A stretch of DNA of 64,000 nucleotides from Felis catus (taxonomy: Eukaryota): contig NC_058368.1 in assembly GCF_018350175.1 (NCBI RefSeq), positions 101,124,001 through 101,188,000 on the forward strand, in the 5' to 3' direction. The notes below the pieces were generated by a model. The model searched no databases, was not told where the DNA came from, and was given only the letters and a program-made list of their open reading frames with translations. A program made the position numbers and the translations under genes. Positions 1-12,408 of the stretch are shown here, piece after piece; position 1 is the stretch's first letter, and every line of letters starts with the position of its first letter.

Positions 1-830
1 ATTTGAAAGACAGAGTTTGTGCCTGGGAGGAGCTAACTGTCTGTAAGATATTGAAGGGAAATAGACAAGTCAGAGGGAGTATCGGTGGGCCCCTGATGAT
101 GAAAATGCAGAGGAGACCTGGGGAGGTGAATGAAGGTCCACCTGGTGAAGTGCTGTCACCTCTGGAGGCAGGTTTGCTGGCACGTTTTTCTGGGATGAGT
201 GTACTGGGAAGCCTAACCAAGAGGAGAGACGGAATGTGAGAGGGGTTGAGTCAGGGAAGACCTGAGGAGGAGTAAACGAACTGTTGGTGTCTGAAAGGTC
301 GGCTTGGTCTGTGGGTTGCTCTCATGGAGGTGATAGAAAGAAACGAGGCTGTAGACGCAGGAAGGCACACGAGTGAGCTGCTTGAAAACTGGTGCGAGAG
401 TTCAGATTTGACGTGTGCATAGGAAACCACGACGTGTTACTTGGGAAGGGGACTTGAGGCTGGCTGCTTGCAAATGAAGAGGGACATGGGTTTGACTTGA
501 CAGGTACTGTTTTCACAGGCATTGCGATAGGTAATGGAAGTCTCGCCTGTATCTGAGATCTCCCCTTCATTGAGATTGATGGAGACTGCGGTAAAGCTGG
601 GACCACCCCTTAATGGCAGCGGATTTCAGTGACTAGAGCCCAGTGTATGTTACACACGAGCCGTCAGTCCCTGTGCACGGCCCTTTTAGGGCAGTTGAGT
701 ATCGCAGTGTCTTAGATTTGGTACATAACTCTTAGCAACCTCTACTTAGATGGACAGGGAAGCAAGATGGCAGGGGAGCAAGGAGTTGTATAGCAGTGCT
801 CGGAAGGGGGATTAGGAACCCCTCTAAGGT
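1..830 (-). mobile_element. Probable highly diverged LINE-2 fragment
   Basis: Purine/G-rich texture typical of antisense L2; by eye only. Confidence 0.35.
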
Positions 831-2410
831 CTAGAGAATTCTCTGGGTTAGAAGCTTTTTTTTTTCCCTTCCCCTTTCTGATGGTGATTGTGGTACAGTT
901 GCTCACTGGGGTGTACGATCTTCTGTTGGAACAAAGAAGAGTATCTTCTGCTTTGTGCCAAATGCGTGCATCTTGTTAGGTTCAGGATGGGCTTGACTCT
1001 GCCCGTCTGTGGTCCTTCAGCAAACGGCATAGACTGAACTGTAAAAATTTAAAGGAAGAAAACAAGCACAAACCTAGAAAACTCAGCTGTCTAGGAGCCC
1101 GGAGTAGAAAGATGTGTGTGTGTGGGGGGGGGGGGTGGGGTTGGGGTGGGAGGGGAGTGTGCACATGACCCTTCCAGGAAAATTTGGATAATGGACTGAG
1201 TGACTAATGTGTAGCGGGCAGCGTTCACTGTTATTATTTCTTACACACAGAAAACAAAAAAGAGAAACCATCCTAAAGCAGCTGTGAGCTAAGAGGAGCA
1301 GTAGGAGCTATAACTTTTTGAGTGAGTGGAGATCACAGTAGGGCAAACCCATATGACACGTAAAAACATGAAGGAATGAGAAAACAATGGGTGATCCAGG
1401 TTAGGTTTTGGGAAAGACAGGACCTGGGCAGGGGGATCCTCTGAGAAGACAGAGCGAAGAGTGCTGTGGGGTGGGGGTGGGAGTGGGGTCCCAGGGACAT
1501 CAGCTGTCACGCAGGTGCTGGGTACAGGCGGGCTCCGCAGTCCTGCCACCTTTGGGGCCACCGACTTCTTTATTCCTGCTACAGTGACCAGAAACTTCGG
1601 TGATGATGCCTGGCCCTGCCCCCTCTTGGAATTAGAGGAATGCATCTGTTTGCGGGCTGGAGATTAGAGTTTGGGGCTGGGGGTGGGGGGCTACAAGGAG
1701 AGCTGTCTTTTTGGGTGGCCTCACAAGACATGCTTCAGACCCGAAGCTGATACTTCAAAACTTCCTTCTCTGATAATCTATAATATTCTGTTTTTAGAAC
1801 TACACTGTCAGCGGTGTCGGAGGGACTCCTCTCAGATGATTCATCCATTTAAGACGAGCAGTAATATCTCTTGTTTGGAAATTAAGCAACAGAAAGGAAT
1901 TCAAGGGGGCCAGCTAAATATGGGCATTTTAAATGAAAATATATCTGTGGTTATGCTACCAAGTTAAGTCAGATGGGTTTTATTCCAGAGTCTATATACA
2001 AGGTTAAAAGATTATGTTTGAATGGTTTCAGTTTGTTTTTCATTTGAAAAGTTTAAGTTGAGTTAAAAATTATTGTTAAAAGTCTGTCCTTCACAGTGTC
2101 TTCTAGAGTGTCGATACACGGGAGGTACCTTGTAACGAGTTTTTGGTGAGTTTTGGGTATGTTGCGTTTTATTAGAAACCTTTGTTTATTCTCATTGCAC
2201 CTTGTTCCAGAAGAGACTTGAAGCAGCTCAGTAGAAAGTCTGAGTTTAGAGATGGATACATGTTTGAGATGAAACCGAGACGTTCTAAGGAGAAACACAT
2301 GTGCATAATTTAACATATTCTAGATAACCTCTTGATGCTGGAATGTGGTATATCCAAACAGTGTTGTCTTGGAGAGGTTACTTGATGAACACCTTCTCTG
2401 GGAGTTGTGT

Positions 2411-2414
<4 letters not shown>

Positions 2415-2465
<51 letters not shown>
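2415..2465. repeat. (TG)n microsatellite
   Basis: Directly visible, about 25 units. Confidence 0.97.
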
Positions 2466-2468
<3 letters not shown>

Positions 2469-2639
2469 ATGGAAATGTTACCATGATGGGATGTTTTTTG
2501 CTCCATCATCTCGGACACAGTGTCACATGGGGGTAGAGGGAGATCGGCAGTCTCAGGGTGAAGTCTCCTGACAAGTTGTGTAATGCTAGATTTCTTCATT
2601 CCCCCTTTTTTTTGTCTTATTAAACAAGTATTTGGTTTT

Positions 2640-2990
2640 TATTACCAAAAATACAGAAAATACAGGAAAAAATGTTAATTCCCACAATCTACTACCTGGA
2701 AACAAACTCTAACATTTTACATGTATTTTTTTTCTAGAAAACTTTATATGCATTTACATGTGTGCTTTCTGCTGACTTTTTTTTTTTTTACTTAAAATTA
2801 TTACCTACACATGTCCTAGCATAATTAATACTCTGCGTAATCATCCTGTGTAACATATCGTCTGTCAAATGAATGAGTCACAGTTTGCTTAACTGTTTCC
2901 TTATTGTTAGATGTTTAGTGTTTTTGTTGCATGTAGTTTTCGTTATTTCACTGAACACATCTAGTAATGTTAATCTTTTGGAACTAGAAT
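2640..2990 (-). mobile_element. Old L1 (L1M-type) 3' fragment
   Basis: AT-rich L1M-like motifs such as ttattgttagatgtttagtgtttt. Confidence 0.4.
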
Positions 2991-3420
2991 TTAGACTTTT
3001 ATATATTGGGAATTATTTTTTCTCTTTTTGGGTTATAGTAATAATGAATATGATAATATATGATAAATCAGTGTTTATGAAATATGGGTCCAATTTTGGT
3101 GATCTTTGGACTTCATAGGGCTGTCTTTAGTATCTGGAGTTGATGTTTATAAACATTAACTGCTGATGTTATGCAAATGCTAATTCCAAAAATGTGCAAT
3201 TTCGTATTTTATGCAAGAGTGAGGTCTGGAAAAATTGCTTTAGGTCCAGTTTTACAAACCGAATCGCTTTAATCCACAAAGGGGTGGTGTCCAAGCCACT
3301 GGGATGCTTTTTACTCTCTTAAGTTTTTGTAGAATTTTAAGTATAAAGGAGTAAAGTAAGTAAAGAGAAATAGTGTAATACATTCTCTTATTTCTAGGAT
3401 GCATTTCAAATAATTTTTCT

Positions 3421-3648
3421 TTTTTTTCTTTTAAATTTTTTTAAACTTTTTTTTTAAGTTTATTTTTGAGAGAGAGCATGAGTGGGGGAGGGGCAGAGAG
3501 AGAGGGAGACACAGAATCCGAAGCACGCTCCAGGCTCCGAGCTGTCTGTACAGAGCCAGCATGGGGCTTGAACTCGAACCCGCAAGCCGTGAGATCATGA
3601 CCTGAGCGGAAGTCGGACGCTTTACCAACTGAGCCACCCAGGCGCCCC
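3421..3648 (-). mobile_element. Can-SINE (SINEC_Fc-like)
   Basis: Reverse complement of GGGGCGCCTGGGTGGCTCAG head, (CT)n and A-tail; TSD tcaaataa(t/g)ttttctt. Confidence 0.95.
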
Positions 3649-4049
3649 TCAAATAAGTTTTCTTAATGTTTTTGTTTCTTCTGTTCTCTCCCACTTTTTT
3701 TTTTTATTTTGTTATGTGTTTTTTTGTTGTTGGAATATTGTAAAGTAAATCTCAGATACAGTAACGATTTACCTCCAAATACTTACCTATCTCTAAGAGA
3801 TACATATTAAAAAAAAATACAGTATAACCACGATACCACTATCCTACTCAGCAATATTAACATGTTAATATCAGCTAATTTCCATATTCCATCATTTCCC
3901 CCATACATTATTTTACAGTTGGTTTGTTTGAATAACAATCAAAACAAGATCTTTACATTGCATTTTGTTGACCTATGTCTCCAGCATCTTTTAATTTCTA
4001 ACAGCTCATTAGTTGGGAGCTTTTTTTTGTCTTTTCTTTTTCAATGAGA

Positions 4050-4168
4050 ATACTTGAGTCACACCTCTAGGCTACGAAATCAGAGTCAGCAGGAACGTAG
4101 TCTGATGGTCTGCATTTTATAATAGCTCTCAAGGCGATTCTGATGGACAAACAGCTTTGAGAACCTCT
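4050..4168. mobile_element. MER5-like hAT-Charlie DNA transposon relic
   Basis: ctgcattttataatagctctcaaggcgattctgatg...tttgagaacctct resembles a MER5 end. Confidence 0.6.
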
Positions 4169-4389
4169 ATACAAGGGAACATATTTCAAGACACCTTAAG
4201 ATTGAGTATTTTAATAAAGAAGTAAACTTTTTGAAATGTAAATAATCACTCTTTGTATGTCCTACTTTGTTTATTTTATAAATGTGAATGCTTTTTTACT
4301 GGATTTCCCCCACGTGGGACTCCCTTCTTGTACGGATGATGGTTGAGAGGCTCTATGGAGTCTTTCTACAGTTTGCATCATATCTATAG

Positions 4390-4960
4390 TTATCTATCTT
4401 CCCTTGGCAAGAAATTTTAAAACTGAAAATACACAGGAAATTGGGAAGAAATACAAATTACCTACAGTCTCCCTGCTCGGTGGTAACCACTGTTAATATT
4501 TTCACTATTTTTCGTTCTAGTCTTTCCCTAGGACAGTAAAACCTTAAACCTTTTAAACCTTAAAAAACAAAGCGTAAACTCTTTGAAAATTTTTGTTACT
4601 CTCACACATAATATATTGTGAATGCCTTTTCGATGACCATACATTCTTTATTGTGCTTTGAGTGGCTGCCTAGTAGTCCATGATTTAGGTGTGGTCTAAT
4701 TTTCGATTTTTGTCTTCTTAAATTTTGTTATTCTGTGTGGATAATGCTCTTTTAAAATGCATGTATTTTTTCTTGCCCATTTGTGCTTATATTCCTCATT
4801 TAAATTTCTATATTTCCGAATTAAAATGCTTGTGCATTTCAACAGCTTTTAATTTTGCCCAATGTTGCCTTCAAATGAGTTAAATCAATTTGCATTCCTG
4901 AGTGGATGAGGGAGGATTTATTTTTCCATGCAACCATTCACATGTCCTTCTCTCTTTGGT
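4390..4960 (-). mobile_element. Old L1 (L1ME-type) 3' fragment
   Basis: Motifs such as gtaaccactgttaatatttt and caatttgcattcc...ggagga...tttttccat. Confidence 0.45.
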
Positions 4961-4967
4961 ATTAGTG

Positions 4968-5161
4968 TTTTTTTGTTTGTTTTTTTAGAATGAGAGAGAG
5001 AGAGAGAGCATGCTAGAGACAGGGGCAGAGGGAGAGAGAGAAGGAATCTCAAGCAGCTGAGCATGAAACCCAACACAGGACCCTATCCCATGACCCTAGG
5101 ATCATGACCTGAGCCAAAATCAAGAGTCGGACACATAACTGACTGAGACACCAGGCACCCC
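4968..5161 (-). mobile_element. Can-SINE, older subfamily
   Basis: atcatgacctgagccaaaatcaagagtcgg...ccaggcacccc. Confidence 0.9.
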
Positions 5162-5180
5162 TCATATCACTGGTTTTTAA

Positions 5181-5398
5181 AAAAAAATTTTTTTTCAACG
5201 TTTATTTATTTTTGGGACAGAGAGAGACAGAGCATGAACGGGGGAGGGGCAGAGAGAGAGGGAGACACAGAATCGGAAACAGGCTCCAGGCTCTGAGCCA
5301 TCAGCCCAGAGCCCGAGGTGGGGCTCGAACCCACAGACCGGGAGATCGTGACCTGGCTGAAGTCGGACGCTTAACCGACTGCGCCACCCAGGCGCCCC
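5181..5398 (-). mobile_element. Young feline Can-SINE (SINEC_Fc-like)
   Basis: Near-consensus with CpGs intact; perfect 14-bp TSD tcactggtttttaa at 5167-5180 and 5399-5412. Confidence 0.97.
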
Positions 5399-7224
5399 TC
5401 ACTGGTTTTTAATATAGGCCCTAGCTTATGCTTTCTGAGGCACATCATATCTGATGATGTAGTATGTGGGCCTGTGACCGTTGTAGTGTTGGGAGAACAC
5501 TTGGAGGTCAGTTCAAAAGCCCTCAGCTCTCATTACAGGGATAAAGGATGATTGGAACCATGTAGCTGGCTAGTAATTTCTTTCCATCGAGTTTGACTAT
5601 TTTAGATATTGCATCGTTGGCAGAGATAATGAAATGTTCAGCTTCTGCAGGTGGCTGCATTTTATGGGTAAGTAAAATGAATCCAAAATAAACAAATTTT
5701 GCCCATTATCTATCTTTAGGCTCCTTGGGGCCCAGGTCTCTAGAAAAAACATTTGACAGTTGGTTGCATGGTTTTCATTTTTGTTGCCCTTGGGTCTCTT
5801 TCTACATTTACACGGATGCTGTAGTTAGTGTATAATCCCTCTCTCCTCCTGTGCAAACTCTGATCCCGCTCCGATAGAGTTTGAAACTTTAGCCCCATTT
5901 TAATCCGTACCCTTCGATGTACCTCCTGATTTCTTGTCTGGTTTTTCTGGCTGTCCCCAGTCCAGTCTCTTGCCTGAGACGGGAGCTGTGCGGGCTCGCA
6001 TTGTTGCAGAGTGACTAAAAAAAGGGGTAAAGTGGAGAAGAAAGGGGCAGACAGCTGAAGTTTGGGTAGAGGAAAGGGAGAGCCGCAATATTTGAATATT
6101 TTGAAAAATGGAAGAGATCCACGGTTGTGTGTGGATTAAAGGCCCTCTACAAAGCTCGCCAGAGTGGAACGGGCAAGGTGAGGGAAGATAGGATCTTTGG
6201 CAACTTTCCGCCTGGGCAAGAGTGGGCCAACCTTGGAGACTGACCTGCCAGGCTGGGTGGCTATTCCGTGTGTGTTGAGGGCAAGTTGAATGGTGCGTCT
6301 CTGTTCTGTGCTGTGATTCTCCTGAGCAGCTACACCAAAACGCTTCACTTTTGCGACTGTTTGTAGAGCACAACAGGAAGAGCCAACCTGGTGGTTTTCT
6401 AAATAATTATTTCAGGGTAGATGGCCAGAAGGATAATTCAGACGCCAATGGAAATGATTTTATCTTAAATTGTCCACTTTAGGCCCTCACATTGGTAGAA
6501 AGAATGTTGCCAAATTGCAGTTTACTTTTGGGCTGTTTAGACACACTTCATATGGTGCTTTGTTTAAAAGGCCTCGGAGTATTTTTATGGAAGTATTTAC
6601 AGGAAGTTTGTTCTCAAGGGCACAAAGGCAAAAATATCATTACCTCACTGGTGAATGTATTTATCCTAATCGGCTTTTTAAGACAATAGCCCAACTTTGG
6701 GCACTAAGTGGAACGGTCCCGGTCTTTGACAGAGCATCTAAGTCAGAAACTTTGCTGTTTTTGGCAATCCCACGGTCTTGATTTAGGTGGGACAGGGATC
6801 AGGGATTAAAATGGCTCTACCCAGGAGGAAAGGAGACAAGTCTGACAGCAATGAAAACCAAGGCATTGCTGCATCCAGAAAATTTATGGTTAAGACCAGG
6901 GAAGTCTGGAAAGTTAGACAACTGTGTCATTTATTAATTTATCACCCTGTGCAGCATGTTTTACTTGAGAAGAGTGATGTATGATCTCTGAAAGGGTACG
7001 TCTTCAAGCTCAGGGTTTTTTTTTTTTCTTCACATAAAGATACTCTACTTACGGTTTTCTAAAACAGAAAACTTAAGGAAAAAAATCTATTCTTTTGCCT
7101 CTAGATTTGTGAAAAAAAATGTAGTTTTTCTCTGGCTACATTTTGTATACCCCAAAATTTTGATGGCAGAACTTCATCATTGCAAATATTTCCCTGGAGA
7201 CTGAGTGCAGGCAACATGTAAAAC

Positions 7225-7252
7225 TTAAAAAAAATTTTTTTTAATGTTTATT

Positions 7253-7292
<40 letters not shown>

Positions 7293-7461
7293 CGTGAATG
7301 CAGGAGGGGGCAGAGAGAAAAGGAGACACAGAATCTAAAGCAGGCTCTAGGTTCCAAGCTATCAGCACAGAGCCTGATGCGGGGCTCAAACTGACAAGCT
7401 GTGAGATCATGACCTGAGCCAAAGTCGGATGCTTAACCAACTGAGCCACCCAGGAGCCCCC
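7225..7461 (-). mobile_element. Can-SINE
   Basis: Full head, (GA)n and T-tail. Confidence 0.95.
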
Positions 7462-7532
7462 TGCGTTTTTTTTTAAAGCCTTATGCTGCATTTTCCTGAA
7501 AACTCTCCCTATCCCCTGCCCAATCTATGTAA

Positions 7533-7534
<2 letters not shown>

Positions 7535-7582
<48 letters not shown>
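7535..7582. repeat. (CA)n microsatellite
   Basis: Directly visible. Confidence 0.97.
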
Positions 7583-7586
<4 letters not shown>

Positions 7587-8686
7587 CCAGAGACTCTTGA
7601 GCTCTGGGTGTCTTGTGTGCTGCTCACCCAGCTGGGCTTGTAGTACATCTTAGATCTTGGTGACTCACAGTCTATTTGTTTTGTTGCCTCATTGAAGTTG
7701 TGGTGTCATCAATCACTCCATTTTTTAATCATTTGAGTAGCAAACACCCCAAAGCATTTAAGTTAAACAATGTTAATGGGGATTTACTTTGGATGCCATT
7801 GTTTTAATATGACAAATGGCCGTGCGTCAAGCTGCGTAGCACGGTTTATTTATGCAGACATAATGAGGCCTTTGAAATGAACTATACACGGAGCCATTTG
7901 CCAGAAATTCAAAGCCTCGTAGACATGGTCCCTCCTCCAGTCTTCGTTCTCCTATGTGCTTGATAGGTTTCAAGCAAAACATAAGCTAGATGAACATTCT
8001 TGGTTGGGAGACATGGTAAGTGGGCTTAGGAGAGGAATCGCCTGGTCTTCAGAATGGAACACTTCCTCCTCCGAGTCTTTGGCCTTTTTCGGGACTTTCA
8101 GTAGGACAGACTTGAAAGTTAGAAAAAAAAAAAAGGTTTTTTGGTTCCAGACATGTGAAAAAGAGGCATTTTCCAAAAGCGGTCTCAGTGAAGAGAACGG
8201 GAGTTTCAGGCTCTGAAGAACGCTGAGCTGTGCCGTGCGGGTTCTAGAGAGAGACGGCAGGAGGCCCCTTCTAGGAAAGCCTGAACAGCATGCATGTGCT
8301 CTTTTTCAGGTCTTAGCGTAGGCCCTGAAGGGTCCTTGTCCCCACGATTGTACATTTATTCTTTTGTGCTTATGTTTGTGTGTGGGGGTGGAAGATGGAG
8401 GAGTACATTTAGTGCCGGGTAGATAGTACTTGATGTTTTTAATTGCTGACGCTTCAGCAGCCAGCAGGTGGGGACTTAGTGGGCACAGGGGACAAGTCCA
8501 GGGAGTGAGGAGCCAGCCTGCAGGGAATCTCACAAATTCACATCAGCTTCTCAGTCTTATTCATGCATCACTAGGCCTGATCTTCCTCGTTAGTCTCAGA
8601 GGGGGTTGTGTAGTATCAACAAAGGTAGAAAAAGGGACCATGATTCCACGAGTTACGTCGCATTTGTGGCTATTACCATATCTCTT

Positions 8687-8885
8687 TCATTTTTTTTAAT
8701 GTTTATTTTTGAGAGAGACAAAGCACGAGTGGGGGAGGGGCAGAGAGAGAGGGAGACACAGAATCCGAAGCAGGATCCAGGCTCAGAGCTGTCAGCCCAG
8801 AGCCCGAGGCGGGGCTCGAACTCAAAAACCGGAATATCATGATGTGAGCCGAACTTGGAAGCTTACTGAGTCACCCAGGTGCCCC
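8687..8885 (-). mobile_element. Can-SINE
   Basis: TSD tattaccatatctctt at 8671-8686 and 8888-8903. Confidence 0.95.
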
Positions 8886-9624
8886 ATTATTACCATATCT
8901 CTTGCTTGGTGTGGAATGTCAAGGAGCTGGGTGACTGCTTCAAAGTTGGAAAGCAGGGAGCTGCTGACCCTAATCGATCATGTTTTTTCGGGTGAGGTTT
9001 TCAAGGTAGTATCTCTATATTCCTGGAGAGCTGAGATCACACTGGCAGTGATCAGGGACCTGACACTATTTGGGATGAGCATTTTTTTCTAGGCTCTAGC
9101 TAATTAGTTATGGAAATGGTTTCGCGTCAGTCTCCACCATTGAGCAGTAAATTTCACTGAAAAGCCAGACTCCCAAAATGTCAGCCATCACCGGTGTCTT
9201 AGATTCCATTTTAACCAACTTTTGGCTGTTGAAGCAGGATGTATTTCCTTGAGGACAGATGATACGTATTCTTACGTTTTCTTAGAATGTCAGAAATAAG
9301 ATTAATTTTAAGGGGAAAATTCCTAGCCAGTAAAGGTTTTTACGCCTGTCCCTACTTTGGTTTCCAAGAAAAAAATCTTGGAGCTGCTCACCTGATTCTA
9401 CCCTCCAGAGACTTATTATCATAATCACGATCATAATCACTAATAAGCTTTTTGTGTTTTATAATGTGACACAAAGTGGCTTCTACCGTTGGTGTAAGGA
9501 AAGTTGATCGCTGTTTATTGTTTTTGCTATTTTGGGATGGTCACTTTAACTGAAAAGCCAGACTCTCTAAATTTAGAGGTGGGGTCTTTCTTTCTCTCAC
9601 TTTCCCTCACTTTCTCTTACTCCT

Positions 9625-9856
9625 ATTTTTTTAAATCTCTTTTTCTTTTAATTTTTTAAATTTATTTTTGAAAGAGAGTGAGAACACATGCGCATGCATG
9701 TGGTGGGGGCGAGCAGAGGAAGAGAGGGACAGAGGATCGAAAGCACGCTCTGTCCTGACGGCAGAGAGCCTGTTGTAGGGCTCGAACTCACAAACCATGA
9801 GATCATGACCTGAGCGGAAGTCAGATGCTTAACCAACTGAGCCACCTAGATGCCCC
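9625..9856 (-). mobile_element. Can-SINE
   Basis: TSD tctcttactcct at 9613-9624 and 9857-9868. Confidence 0.95.
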
Positions 9857-10612
9857 TCTCTTACTCCTGTTTGCTGGAATCACTGGGAAAATCTTGACAG
9901 TTGAGGTTGAAGGAAAAAAATCAAGAGGTTGGGAAAAAGTTCCCATGTCCAAGCCTTAGAACTGTCAAGTTGATGGTAGAGGGTCCGTGTGTCTTATCAT
10001 CATAAAATGGTGTGTAACCTCACTTAGAGGGAGAAGTGACTTTTGGGGGGTTGAAACAAAACATTGTTAGTTATGAGACTTAATGCTTTTCAAGATTTGT
10101 TAACGTTTAAACCTCTGCCTGGAAAAATCTGTGAATGAAAATAAAGCCAGGGATTTTGATCCTAAAACATTTTTAGAAACCAGATTTTCTTAAGGGATTT
10201 CTCAGATAAAGTGTTAGTATAAAGCCATTTAGCATCACGTTGAATCCAGAACTTAGTGTACAGATTATTATTAATAGCATTCTCACATGCAGGAAGGACC
10301 TCCTGGGGGTATTCACTGAAGCCATAGGTCTACCTTAAATCTGTAGGATCAAGGTCTTTGGACAGCACCTTGCATTGTAAACAAGCACAAAAGCATTTGA
10401 GGACATTACATAAAGGTCGTGGTCGGACTTGCCATGTATCTTTCCTTGTTCAGGGCTTCACAGAGAATGCATTTGCAGGATGATACAATGAATAAGGCCT
10501 TAGTAGTCCTCCAGGTTGGGTCAAACCGTGACTGCTTCATGTGACTTCGGACAAGTCGCTTTTAACTTCCCTTCCCTTTAGTTTTCTCATTTGTCACATG
10601 AAGATCACCAGT

Positions 10613-10824
10613 CTTTTTTTTTTTTTTAACGTTTTTTTATTTATGTTGAGAGAGAGCATGCATGCCTGTGGGGGAGGGGCAGAGAGCGAGAAAGAGAGAA
10701 TCCCAAGTGGGTTCCATGCTGTCAGCGCAGAGCCTGACACGGATTCATCCCGCAAACTGTGAGATCATGACCTGAGTCAAAATCAAGAGTTGGACGCTTA
10801 ACTGACTGAGCCCCCTGGGCGCCC
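10613..10824 (-). mobile_element. Can-SINE (older subfamily) inserted at the end of a MIR fragment (about 10510-10605, +)
   Basis: TSD tcaccagtctt; upstream tgtgacttcggacaagtc...agttttctcatttgt is the MIR core. Confidence 0.9.
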
Positions 10825-11546
10825 TGAGGTGATGTCACCAGTCTTCTCTAACTTTGAGGATTTATCAAAACGGAAGTTCTATGAACTTTATAGCATGTTG
10901 TTTCTCACCTAGTACGTTCTGTGTAAATGTTTCCTTTTCTTTATTGCATTCAAAAAGAAATCTAGAGTACAAAGTTCTCTTCCACTTAGGATCTGAGAGA
11001 GAATCAGAAAATGCAGTATTTCAAAGTAGGCAATTCCTATTTATAAAAATATCACCTGAACAAATGAATGAATGAACTGTCTGCTTCCCTTCCTTCCTTC
11101 ATTCTTTCCTTCCCTCCTTCCCTCCTCTTCTCTCCTCTATTTCTTTCTCAATAGCAGTTAGCCCTGGCACGTATTTTGAAGTATCAGGAAATCCTCAAGT
11201 GTGGGGAATAACTAATTACTTCGTACATGATGCAGTGCTTGTGTGTTTTTGGATTCGAATCAGATACACAGGATCTCTTTTTTGTAATGGCTTTATTTAA
11301 ATTGTCTCATTTATTTAGGGGTATTTTTTAAATGATAAAGTCCATGTGTTCCATTAAGGTGTTTATAGTATTAAGAGACTAAAAATTGCATTTGAACCAG
11401 AGGATGGTCAGTAAGCAGTTACTAATTCTCTCAAGGAATGGGCTGAGAGGTTGATACAGCTACAATTCCATTTGTATTTCTTTACTTGTAATAGCACAGA
11501 ATATTTCCTGCTACTCTGTTCATCATGTTAAAACTGATCGCAGTGG

Positions 11547-11690
11547 ATGTTAACAATACTTACCACGTGCCAGCCATTATTCTGTGCTTTTCACACATTG
11601 TCCATCTTAACCCTTCCATCATCCCTTTGAGGGTGGTTTAATTATTCCCATTTTGTGCGTTGAAAACTGAGGCCCTGAGAGGTTGTGTCT
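11547..11690 (-). mobile_element. MIR
   Basis: attcccattttgtgcgttgaaaactgaggccctgagaggtt core. Confidence 0.75.
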
Positions 11691-11914
11691 ATCATGACAC
11701 CATGATGCATTTTAGTTATACGTTTTAATACCTGTCTTTCTCAGTCGACTGAATGAAGGCATCTTGAAGTCAAAGGTCCTATCTGACTCAAATGTATATC
11801 CTCAGGTTTTGATAAATATTTGCTGAAAGAACAGTGATGATAAGAGTGATTTATCGATGTTGAGTGCTTATGATGTGCCTGGGACACGATCAGACGTTGT
11901 CCATTCAGAATGAT

Positions 11915-12100
11915 GGAAGTTTGGGGCTCAGCTTTGTTCCCTAGTAGGAGTATGTCCTGGAGTGATTTGCTTAGGCTTCCTGTGTCTCAGGTCCTTAAAA
12001 CACAACATGGGCATCATAATAGGAGCTTTTTCCATAGGGCAGTTTGGGGATTGAGTTAGTACATAAAGCACCTGGCAGCCTGTAAATATCAACTATCATT
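11915..12100 (+). mobile_element. MIR
   Basis: tgtgtctcaggtcctt...atgggcatcataatag...catagggcagtttggggatt. Confidence 0.7.
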
Positions 12101-12189
12101 TTCATCTTAGGCACGTCTCATTCCCAAGTATGCATCCACGCTAGAAAACAGCTATCTCTCTTGAAAAAGGTTTATCTGTCTTCAAGTAA

Positions 12190-12408
12190 GAATTGTGTAT
12201 ATGTGATTCGTACTACTTGATGATTCAATGTACACAGACATAGCAAAATGATGCCTGCCTGTAATCAAGCCACTGTATCACTACCTCACATAGTTACCAT
12301 TTCTTGTAGCTGTGCTGAGCACACTTGAAATCTCTCTTGGCCTGTTTCCAGCGGTAAGTAGAGTGTCATTATTAAGTCTAGTCACCATGCCTGTACATTA
12401 GCTCTCTT
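12190..12408 (-). mobile_element. L1MA-type 3' UTR fragment
   Basis: acctcacatagttaccattt...agtcaccatgcctgtacattagctctc. Confidence 0.75.
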
